Assembly: GCA_951406725.2 (NCBI GenBank)
Contig: OX597832.1
Span: 20,770,001-20,834,000 of the forward strand
DNA: 64,000 bases
Direction: 5' to 3'
Origin: Octopus vulgaris
Lineage: Eukaryota
A program made the position numbers and the translations under genes. The notes beneath the pieces are model-generated. The model searched no databases. It had not been told where the DNA came from and saw only the letters and a program-made list of their open reading frames with translations. Within the stretch, counting starts at the first letter, position 1. Each line of letters starts with the position of its first letter. Positions 14,652-26,119 of this stretch are shown here, in pieces.

Positions 14652-15122
14652 CAAAAAACATACAATGTTATATTCACTTTGGAAGGCAGCCAAAAACGTT
14701 TCAATACAAGATTTCTCAGTGTCCAGGCAGGAAATACACGCTACTAACTTACACAGTCTCTGGTTCTCTTACACAGAGGATAATACCTAAGGAGAAATCA
14801 GGTGTCAATGCCAATCTTTAATTTATGCAATCTAGAGCACATCTATATAAACATGCTTAATTTCCAGAACATTGCTTCTGCTTGTAACGTGGGACAAATT
14901 AATTGATTCATTATGTCGTTGTGAATTAAGTACGATTTCTTTGCTCTTTCTGGGAAAATTATCCAAAATGAGGGAAAAGCTTATCGGCCACAACTATAAA
15001 GTTTGCTTTCATTGCGGCCAGTAATTGCTCATACGTAAAAATTGCAGCCAAATGATTTAGAGCTGGTTTGGAGTTTACTATAAATGTATTTATGCAGAGC
15101 TTGCTCCTTTTAACAGACAGAC

Positions 15123-15210
<88 letters not shown>

Positions 15211-15302
15211 GGATGGATGGATGGATTGATGGATGGTAGATGGATGGATGGATTGATGGATGGATAGATGGATGGATGGATGGTTGGGTAGATAGATAGA
15301 TT

Positions 15303-15380
<78 letters not shown>

Positions 15381-15730
15381 CAGACAGGTAGACAGACAGG
15401 CAGACAGACAGACAGACAGACAGGCAGGCATGCAGGCTGACAGACAGACAGGGAGGGAGGCAGGCAGGCAGAGAGAATATAGATATGGCTCCCGATTATT
15501 CACCACACTATATCTATTTCAACGTACGTTTTAGCTCATCTAACTCCATCTCCCTCCCTCTCTCACACGCCGTGTATGTACTTATCGCTTTCAAACTTTG
15601 GCATATACGAAACTATCTTTCCATACATCAGCGCCCTTATAACTCTATTTCCCAACACCTCTCTCAACCCCTTTTCTCTCGAAATATACACAAACCATGC
15701 ACAATATATACATACATATATATATATATC

Positions 15731-15766
<36 letters not shown>

Positions 15767-15980
15767 CGAAAATATATATGTATATGTCAGTGTGAGTGAG
15801 TGTCTCTGTACGTGTGTGTATAAATATATATATAGAGAGAGGGAGAGAGAGAGAGGGTGAGAGAGAGAGGGAGAGAGAGAGGGGGGAGAGAGAAATATAC
15901 ATATATATATATATATATATACATAAATATATATATATATATACATATATATATACATATATATATATATACTTACATAC

Positions 15981-16051
<71 letters not shown>

Positions 16052-16532
16052 CATACATATATCTATATATATATATATATATATATACATACATATACAC
16101 ATATAGATAGCAACGTGAGAGGTAGAAGGGGAATAAGTGGGGAGACAGAATTCTAGGAGGGTTTGTATTATTTTTCTTTCATGCTAAATCAAAGTCACAC
16201 GTGACACAATGTATCGCTCATATTGAGATATCGTTATTGAGATGTCAGTTGAGATAAACGCGATACTGTCGATAGTACATGAATTATTACGTAGAGTTTA
16301 TCTTGACATTCTGCAATGACAAATAATACCTTGCTTTTGTTTCACAAGTAATATGGATAACAATAATCAATAATTAAGCTCTTTATCCTCTCATCAAAAG
16401 ACAACATCATATTCCCTTCTTTTGTATTGTAACTGCGATAAATTCAATTTCACAATTGATATATTGATATCGACAGGAATGAATTTTAGAAAATGAGAGA
16501 GCCCATATATGTGTGTGTATATATATATATAT

Positions 16533-16605
<73 letters not shown>

Positions 16606-16691
16606 TATACATACATATATAGATGTATAAGAGCATAAACATATATATGCATATGTATAATGCGTACATTGTATATCATATATAATACACT

Positions 16692-16746
<55 letters not shown>

Positions 16747-16765
16747 ATGTATATATATACGTATG

Positions 16766-16801
<36 letters not shown>

Positions 16802-16823
16802 CATACATATATATATCATATAT

Positions 16824-16865
<42 letters not shown>

Positions 16866-16990
16866 GTATATATATACACACACGTATATAACACACACAC
16901 ATATATATATATACGCGTATTTATGCACATATATCTGCATATCTATGTTTCAATTGCTAAATATTTCTATGTATGCATGTTCATATATGT

Positions 16991-17088
<98 letters not shown>

Positions 17089-17857
17089 GTAGAGTGGAAA
17101 AGGTGACGGAGAGGGAGGGAGTCCGCGAGAAAGGGAGCGAGTGAAAGAGGGAGTGCGAAAAAATAATCTATATTTCGTAAAAAAAAAATTATTTAGCGTT
17201 ATCGTATTCAGCATTTCGATGTTGAAGAAAAAAAAAAGTATATTTATATTGTTGTTGCGGTTATTATTTTTATTTGTATTAGAATCTGCTTTTTTTTTGT
17301 TTTCCATTTTTGCTCTCATACAGAAAACAATTATTATCTCGCGAGACATGAAAAATTTTAACTGTTTTCCACAAAGATATCTATCATCCTAAAAACACTG
17401 GAAATGTCTATCATTCTTCATGTTTTGTAGGGGTTTTTTTCCGTATTTTATAATAGTTTTGAAATTTTTAGCTTTGATTTTTCCTTTAATATTTAAGGCA
17501 TGATACGTGAGGCTTCGGTTCCAAATTTCATATCTCATAATAACTATCATGATATTTAAAAAGTATATAAATAAATAAATAAATTACTGATTGTAAAACA
17601 TAGCGTTGCAGCACATGCCTTCTTTGCTTTATTCCATTCCTTTATTGGCGGAATCGGTGGAGCAACAGATTAAGTTCTTCGTATTATCTATTTAAGTACT
17701 TTTGTATTCCGTGTTCAAATCCCGTTGATTCACGGATTCGGTTTTGCTTTAATTTCGGCGGCTTTCATTTATATTCAAGCACTGCTATCAGGCTTCTTTT
17801 CTAATGTATCTTCTTATTCATTTCCTTATAGAAATAGAAATATGAAACCTGTGAACC

Positions 17858-18298
17858 ATCATCATCATCATCATTGTTCGACCGTGGTCGAGACAATGGA
17901 ATTTCCTATGCTACGCCAGACTTCACGGTCCATAATAGCATTACGGAGGTCCTGTTGCTGGATGCCTGTATCCCTGGAGATTACATCAGGGTAGGAGAGT
18001 GTGCGCCCTCTGGTATCGCGAGTAGATGGCTTCTAGAGAAGAAGAGTAGAAATTGTCTCGCTTTTACCTCTACAACAATGTCCAGCAAACTGGACTCTCC
18101 TACCTTTCACAAGAGATGATACAGGTGGTAGTTTCCCATATATTTGTACTTTGGTTGGATGACGCTTCCAAAAGAGATTTTGAGCTCTCATAAGGAGGCG
18201 AGGGTAAGTTCCATCCAACCGCCTCTCAAGCTTCTTTGATAACGTCCAGGTTTCTGAGCCATATAGTAGAATTGGTTCGACTGTGGCTTTGAAGATTT
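17858..18298 (-). mobile_element. RTE-clade LINE 3' fragment with (TGA)n tail
   Basis: Minus translation KIFKATVEPILLYGSETWTL...RVQFAGHCCR...MDREVWR; LLYGSETW and DR..WR are RTE ORF C-terminal hallmarks; one in-frame stop; ends in atgatgatg. Confidence 0.9.
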
Positions 18299-18721
18299 TA
18301 CAGACAGTCAGACAGACAGACCTGGGGTGGAGAGGTCAAGTCACTGATGATGTCGAAAATAGAGACAAAAGGAGTTTGGCAAACACAACTGATTGCTGAA
18401 ATAATTGAGTGAACGGTTGATTAAACATTCGATTTGTTAATTAGTTATGCACGAAGCAGACCAAGAGTAGAGCGGTAACACGCCGTTAATTAGTGACGAA
18501 AGGACTATGAAAACCTTAACTTATTGACTCATTGACCGATCGAGGAATAAGACAATTGATTTGTTGTTTGGATAAATAGTTAACCAAATGAGGAAAAAAA
18601 TTATATAGAAGTGAAATAGAAACAGTGCGTGTGTTTAAAAATTAATTTGCTAGCACGATGCAACTCAATATGTTTTACGACATGAGTTCACATTTAAAAT
18701 ATTGTAAACCTAATTTAAAAA

Positions 18722-18800
18722 ACGTCACCCTTTTCAAGCCTAGCCAGGCTCACGGGCCCGGTTTCCCGGTTTCCGTGGCGTATGTGTTCCTCCAGCGTAT
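18722..18800 (-). mobile_element. 3' tail fragment of the SINE type seen at 22886-23112
   Basis: Reverse complement gaacacatacgccacggaaaccgggaaaccgggcccgtgagcctgg matches 23068-23111. Confidence 0.7.
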
Positions 18801-18929
18801 GTGTCCCTTCGGTTTGTGTACCTCCCAGTAACATAACGCTTCAAAAAACAAACCCATAGATAAAGAAAGCGTTGAAAAGAATAAAGCAATGGAATCAATT
18901 TTTTAATCTTTATGGTTAATAAAAATAAT

Positions 18930-19303
18930 CCTTTCTACTACAGGCACAAGGTCTGAAATTTTGGGGGAGGGTGAAAGTCGATTTGGTCCTTAATTTATCG
19001 ACCCCGAAATGATGAAAGGCAAAGTCGACCTCGGCGGAAATTGAATTCAGAACGTAATGACGGACGAAATACCTATTTCTTTATTGCCCACAAGGGGCTA
19101 AACACAGAGAGGACAAACAAGGACAGACAAACGGATTAAGTCGATTATATCAACCCAGTGCGTAACTGGTACTTAATTTATCGACCTCGAAAGGATGAAA
19201 GGCAAAGTCGACTTCGGCAGAATTTGAACTCAGAACGTAACGGCAGGCGAAATACGGCTACGCATCTCGCCCGGCGTGCTAGCGTTTCTGCCAGCTCGCC
19301 GCC
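18930..19303 (-). mobile_element. SINE family A dimer: head-body-tail1 + body-tail2
   Basis: Head ends at gctcgccgcc 19303; junction gacgaaatacc|tatttcttt at 19073/19074; tail2 cctttctactacaggcacaaggtctgaaattttggggg. Confidence 0.9.
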
Positions 19304-19380
19304 TTCAGTTAAAAACTATAATTAATTCATTGCTCCACTCTTCCATCGTTGACACTAGTGGCAATTTACCAACTATTTAA

Positions 19381-19778
19381 GGCGGCGAGCTGGCAGAATC
19401 GTTAGCAAACCGGACGAAATGCTTAGCGTTATTTCGTTTGCCGCTAGGTTCTGAATTCAAATTCCGTCGAGGTCGAATTTGCCTTTCATCCTTTTGGAGT
19501 CGATTAAATAAGTACCAGTTACGCACTGGGGCCGATATAATCGACTTATTCCGTTTGTCTGTCCTTCTTTGTCCTCTCTGTGTTTAGCCCCTTGTGGGTA
19601 GTAAAGAAATACGTATTTCATCTGTCTTTGCGATCTGAGTTCAAATTCTACCGAGGTCAACTTTGCCTTTCATCCTTTCAGTATCGATAAATTAAGTACC
19701 AGTTGCGTGCTGGCGTCGACCAAATCGACTGGCTCCTCGTCCCCCAAAATTTCGGGTCTTGTGCTAATAGTAAAAGAG
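19381..19778 (+). mobile_element. SINE family A dimer: head-body-tail1 + body-tail2
   Basis: ggcggcgagctggcagaatcg head; junction aaagaaata|cgtatttca at 19611/19612; tail2 cccccaaaatttcgggtcttgtgc. Confidence 0.9.
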
Positions 19779-19830
19779 AATTTACCAATGATTTGACAAT
19801 TATGATAAATAATATAAACATAATTAATAA

Positions 19831-20215
19831 TTTCAAATTTTGCCTGAAGACCAGCAATTTTGGCGGTGGGTATAAGCCTATTACATCGACCCCAGCGTTT
19901 CACTGGTACTTAATTTGTCGGTTGAAATGCAAAGTCAACCTCGACAGAATTTGAACTCAAATCGTAACGGCAGGCGAAATACCTATTTCTTTACTACCCA
20001 CAAGGGGTTAAACACAGAGAGGACAAACAATGACAGACAAACGGATTAAGTCGACTATATCGACCCCAGTATGTAACTGGTACTTAATTTATCGACCCAG
20101 AAAAGGATGAAAGGCAAAGTCGACCTCGGCGGAATTTGAACTCAGAACGTAACAGCTAACGAAATACAGCTACGCATTTCGCCCGGCCTGATAATGATTC
20201 TGCCAGCTCACGGCC
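19831..20215 (-). mobile_element. SINE family A dimer: head-body-tail1 + body-tail2-like
   Basis: Junction gcgaaatacc|tatttcttt at 19983/19984; same core as the other copies. Confidence 0.88.
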
Positions 20216-21425
20216 TTGCTAAACCATATTAATGAAAGTGCACCAGACTGTTTATGTACTGTAATTGGGTAGTGAGATGTCCTCGTGTCCTGTCAATTCC
20301 TTAACTTCACGTAAGAACATCCAGTAAGGCGAGGTAGTTATAGATCCTTTAAGTGGTTTCTTGCCTTGCAAGAAATAACAGCTCAATACCTGACTAAATA
20401 TAACCGTATCACCTCAAAAAAAAATGCGTATATTTTGGCAACTGTACAACTAAAGAAATGCATAAAAACACAGGATAGTAAGAAAAAGTTTCAAACAGAT
20501 CTCGTCTTGATCAAAGCTGACTAGCTTCTCTGTCACAAAACCCCAAATAACAGTAACAAGCAAGTTTGATGAGGCGCACCACTTGCCTCACATAACTTCA
20601 TAGAACTGCACTGCCAACAGAATTCCCACAGAACTCCCTCCCAAATGTATCTTTACCCTTTCTCTACAAACATCGATAGTGTATCGACCTCGTCAGTCTA
20701 AAATGGCCTACAAGTGCGAAGGGTATTCATGCCCCATTTTTTGATAAATAATATTTCTAAGTAAGATTTTTTTTTCTTGTTTTCTTTTTGGTAGGGAAGT
20801 TTCTAGCATAAGTCGAACTACAACAGTTACCATCCCCATTTTGCAAATTTTAATCATCATACTATTAAACGGCAATATGTCACTAGTTATCGTTACGACG
20901 ACATATTGTAGTTGACCTGAGATGTCTAAAAGTTCAAAATCAACTGACTCTAAAACGAAATCGAATTTTTATTAATGAGATCCGCGCGGACCTTTACAGC
21001 ATGAAATTAAATCACTTCGGATTTCGGTTATAACTTCATTTAAAGATCAACATTACCTTTTCACGCAGATGAAGGGAGACCTTAAGGAAATCAAACGCAA
21101 GTCATATAGATGCTTCTCTTTTGTATAGTTGTACCGTTCAAATGATCTATTAGGAAGACAACACCGATCAATCAAAAGCTAACTGATAGCAGTCAGCCTC
21201 AAGACACTAACCTTAAACGAGATTTATTAGCTGTGGATGCTATTACTGTTTCGGCGTATAATTTGCAAACTCCATTACTCAATTGAGATAAGATTTATCT
21301 GTAAATATCACATGAACTATGAGAAATTTGTGAGTCAATTTCCAATGCGTAATAATGTCGAACCCTCAAGTGAATCTCTTATCATTTCATATACATGTAT
21401 GCATGTAAATATATGTGTATGTATA

Positions 21426-21539
<114 letters not shown>

Positions 21540-21852
21540 TATGTGTATATATATATATATGTATGTATATGCATATGCATATATAGGTTTATATATATGT
21601 GTGCATATATATATATATATATATATTTATACAGAGGGAGAGAAAGTGAGAGAGGGAGAGAGAAGTGTCTCTATGTCTGTGAGGGTAGGGTGTGTTTGTG
21701 TGTGTACCTGTGATCGCGCGCATATGAGACTATGTTGTATTACTTAAATGCATATAGCCACTTATTAAGTTTTATGCATATATAAAAAGGGTGATCGGAT
21801 ACATAATACATTGACACATTCACACATATGTGTATGTGTATATGAGTGTGTG

Positions 21853-21892
<40 letters not shown>

Positions 21893-21995
21893 TGCACCCG
21901 TATATAATTTCTATACCTCTAAGTCATTATGTGGGTGACTGTCTGCCTCCGTGTATGTGTATATTTTTCCTTCTATTTAAGAGAAATCAGAAAAA

Positions 21996-22068
21996 CCACC
22001 ACCACCACCACCACCATCGTCATCATCATCATCATCATCATCATCATCACCATGATCATCATCATCGA

Positions 22069-22100
<32 letters not shown>

Positions 22101-22165
22101 CCATCACCATCACCTTCATCATCATCATCATCATAATCATTAGCAGCAGCAGTAGTAGTAGTAGT

Positions 22166-22252
<87 letters not shown>
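21996..22252. repeat. Compound triplet microsatellite (CCA)(CAT)(AGC)(AGT)
   Basis: Direct reading. Confidence 0.95.
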
Positions 22253-22253
<1 letters not shown>

Positions 22254-22467
22254 AAACCTCCTGAAATCATAACCGATCTTCCATATTTCCGATTATTCAA
22301 ACGTCATGCATATATGCATGCATTTATATATATGTGTGTGTGTGTGGGTGTATGTGTGTGTATGTGTGTGTATGTGTATGTATGTATGTATGTATGTGTA
22401 TGTATGTGTAAATGTGCATGTGCGCGCACTAGTGTATACATATATCATCATATATATAGATATACAT

Positions 22468-22498
<31 letters not shown>

Positions 22499-22729
22499 AT
22501 TGAATGAGAAAATCTAATCCGGCATTTAGTATTCTCATTTCGCTTGTAAATGTTCCTTGTTAGACACATTTTAATAGGAATTCACACTCTAATACATACA
22601 CACATGCTCACATACACGTTCCCAAGTAGACTAATAGTGCATCGTTCATATTATTATTATTTACAAATATTATGGTCGCGCGTGCAAACAGACGTACAGA
22701 CACCCACACATATAAATACATATATATTC

Positions 22730-22874
<145 letters not shown>

Positions 22875-22885
22875 CGCGTGTGTGT

Positions 22886-23112
22886 GGAGGCGTATGGGTT
22901 AGTGGTTAGGGTGTCAGCATCATGATCGTAAGATAGTGGTTTCGATTCCCGGACCGGGCGACGCGTTGTGTTCTTGAGCAAAACACTACATTTCACGTTG
23001 CCCCAGTCCACTCAGCTGGCAAAAAGGAGTAACGCTGCGATGGACTGGCGTTCCCGTCCAGCCGGGTAACACATACGCCATAGAAACCGAAAAACTGAGC
23101 CCATGAGCCTGA
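22886..23112 (+). mobile_element. tRNA-derived SINE with C-like head, flanked by a ~100-bp direct repeat
   Basis: ggaggcgtatgggttagtggttagg A-box, ggtttcgattccc B-box, ttgagcaaaacactacatttcacgttg core; 22640-22740 repeated at 23114-23215. Confidence 0.85.
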
Positions 23113-23203
23113 TCATCGTTCATATTATTATTATTTACAAATATTATGGTCGCGCGTGCAAGTGAACGTGCAGACACCCACACATATAAATACATATATA
23201 TTC

Positions 23204-23240
<37 letters not shown>

Positions 23241-23366
23241 TGTGCGTGTGTGTGTATTTTCTTTATGTATATATATATATAGAGTTTCGCCATGGGCTCT
23301 TAGGAGCATAGTTCGATTTGTTTTTGCTCCGCCTCTGTTCTGTTTTTGTTTTTCCAACGGATTTCC

Positions 23367-23460
23367 TATTTTCTTCCTGAAGAGAAAGACACAATATGGT
23401 CCCATTATTCCATCGGATTTTGGTAATTTGTGCCTTTCGAAACACGTGTAGAATGAAATA
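23367..23460 (+). ncRNA. Type I hammerhead ribozyme motif (Penelope/retrozyme style)
   Basis: Stem I tattttcttc/gaatgaaata; core CTGAAGA 23377-23383; stem II GAAAGACACAA/TTGTGCCTTTC (10 of 11 pairs); GAAA 23439-23442; palindromic stem III ACACGTGT; cleavage triplet GTA ending at 23450. Confidence 0.7.
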
Positions 23461-23551
23461 AAACGATTTCTGTTCAATCTGCGTTCAGCTCCATTTCTTC
23501 AATTCACCAATAATGTTCTAATTTCAATTATCCGCACCAACGCACGGTTGC

Positions 23552-24666
23552 AACACCATATGGTTGTACCTCCAACCGTGCTGTTTTACTGCTGTGATTT
23601 TTGCTACTAAGGTATCGGTTAAACTTTTGATTAATCTACTACAAGATTATTCATCTTTCTATTTCACATGATATATATATATATATATATGTATAAAGAC
23701 TATATTATACATCAAATATACGTTTTAAAAATTTGACAAAGTTGGATATTTGACACCGAAGAAAAGAGAGAGACACACAGTCAAGTACCGAGCAGTTAAG
23801 AAATAATAAGACAACTCATCATACAAATTTATACACATACTCAAACTGACATAAATGAATATACTCAAAGTTCGCTTCTATTCTCTCTTGCAAACACAGG
23901 CACACATACACTCCTGAGCGAACGATCTCTTTCGAGAGATATGACATATATTCCATCTTTAATCACTTTTCTAATCTCCCAGTAGGTTTCGTTTTATTTG
24001 CTTGTTAATAGTTACACCAGAGTCAGTTTTAATTTTATGACTTGGAAATTAACATATCTTTTCTCTTCAATGCAGACCTTTTCCGGCAATTAATTCGGAC
24101 TTCAATCTATTCCGTCCATAACTATTAAACACCACAATGATGACTAGCTTTAAAACACTGCTTGTTCGTGTGATTTCCCTCGAGAATTAGATATCAATGC
24201 GATGATTGCTTTTCACAAGTTCTTGTAAACTTCTCTTCATTACTCCGTTGGTTGTTGCGTTGTTGCCTTGCCTTCTTGTTGTTGTTGTTGTTAGGGGAGC
24301 GGTGGGTGGGGGTGGAGGCATGGGGGTGCAGGCGTGGGGGGGGGGGAAGTATTAATGTTCTCTAAAACAAAAAAAAATAAACAAAATTGATGCACACAAG
24401 GAAATAAAAAATCAATATCGAAGGATTAAAAACAATAAGTAAACAGACAAACAAATATATATATACGTGTACGTATGCATAGATATATATATATATATAC
24501 ACACATATACATGTAGAATATATATATATATATATATATAAAGATATATATATACAGGCATATATATATATAGACATATATATATACATATATATATACC
24601 TATACATTTACGTTTATATATATTTACACACATACATATATATGCACATATGTGTGTGCGTGTATG

Positions 24667-24706
<40 letters not shown>

Positions 24707-24758
24707 TATATATATACATATACATATACATATATATGTATCTGTGTGTGTGTTAGCG

Positions 24759-24809
<51 letters not shown>

Positions 24810-24955
24810 GTGAATTGAAGAAATGGAGTTGAACGAAGATTGAACACCATATGGTTGTACCTCCAACCGTGCTGTCTTCTGCTGTGATTTTTGCTACCAA
24901 GGTATCGGTTAAACTTTTGATTAATCTGCAACAAGATTATTCATCTTTCTATTTC

Positions 24956-24958
<3 letters not shown>
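23552..24958 (+). repeat. Dispersed ~117-bp direct duplication (23552-23668 and 24843-24958), second copy preceded by an inverted piece
   Basis: aacaccatatggttgtacctccaaccgtgctg...tctttctatttcaca occurs twice; ~24803-24846 is the reverse complement of ~23471-23513. Confidence 0.85.
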
Positions 24959-25008
<50 letters not shown>

Positions 25009-25362
25009 TCATACACCTTAATATTTTTTGCTTTTCATAACATAGATATACATACAAATTGATGAATATATAGATAATACTTATACAAAGGCAATAGTTC
25101 TTCAGAGCCTTTCGCATTGGTAGGGCTCTTCTCATGAACACATGCTCATTACTTGTGTTAATTCATTAAGCTACATCACACGTCTTTCCTTTGATTTCTT
25201 TTGGAATTTCGCCAGTCTTACACATTTCGATTGTCACCGTGTCAACTTTGCATTTCGTCAAATTGAAGTCGATAAAATAAATACCAGTCAAGCGCCTAAG
25301 TATATCACATCGACTTTACCCCCTTACCCTAAATTTGCTGATCCCGTGCAAACATTTAAACA

Positions 25363-25433
<71 letters not shown>

Positions 25434-25665
25434 CATTATTATTATATTTTGTTGTTATTATTGTTGCTGTTGCTGCTGCTGCTGATGCCGTTACTGTTCT
25501 TGATGTTTCTCGCCAATACTAGACTTGTGGCGTACGCTCTGTGAATTATTGACTTGTTTTACTTGTTATGTCTGTGGTTGTACCGTTTTTCTTTCTATAA
25601 TGGGAAACAATTGTTGCTCTCTGCCCAAAGTGGCAATATCCAGAAAACAAAATATTTCTTTTCGT

Positions 25666-25906
25666 GAATTTGAACTCAGAACCTAAAGACAGACGAAATA
25701 CCTATTTCTTTATTATCCACAAGGGACTAAACATAGAGGGGACAAACAAGGACAGACATAGGTATTAAGTCGATTACATCGACCCCAGTGCGTAACTGGT
25801 ACTTAATTTATCGACCCCGAAAGGATGAAAGGCAAAGTCGACCTCGGCGGAATTTGAACTCAGAACGTAGCGGAAGACGAAATACCGCTCAGCATTTCGC
25901 CCGGCG
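25666..25906 (-). mobile_element. SINE family A: body-tail1 plus the start of a second unit
   Basis: Junction gacgaaatacc|tatttcttt at 25702/25703. Confidence 0.88.
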
Positions 25907-25917
25907 AAATACCGCTA

Positions 25918-26096
25918 GGCGAAATGCTTAGCGGTATTTCGTCTGCCGCTACGTTCTGAGGTCAAATTCCCTCGAGGTCGACTTTGCCTTACATCCTTTC
26001 GGGGTCGATAAATTAAGTACTAGTTGCGTACTGGTGTTGATCTAATCGACTAGCCCCTCCCAAAAACACTTTGGGTCTTGTGCTTTGATTAGAAAA
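25918..26096 (+). mobile_element. SINE family A monomer with tail2, head-to-head with the previous copy
   Basis: ggcgaaatgcttagcggtatttcg...cccctcccaaaaacactttgggtcttgtgc. Confidence 0.88.
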
Positions 26097-26119
26097 TAAT
26101 ATTCAAGAAAATTTAATAT

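Noticed and set aside
18930-20215. CRISPR-like repeat/spacer appearance of recurring gtcgac...aaaggatgaaaggc blocks
   Set aside because: Units are SINE bodies with near-identical intervening sequence; eukaryotic context, no cas genes
22886-22960. tRNA gene
   Set aside because: A/B boxes continue into a SINE core and tail with no complete cloverleaf; same for the other SINE heads
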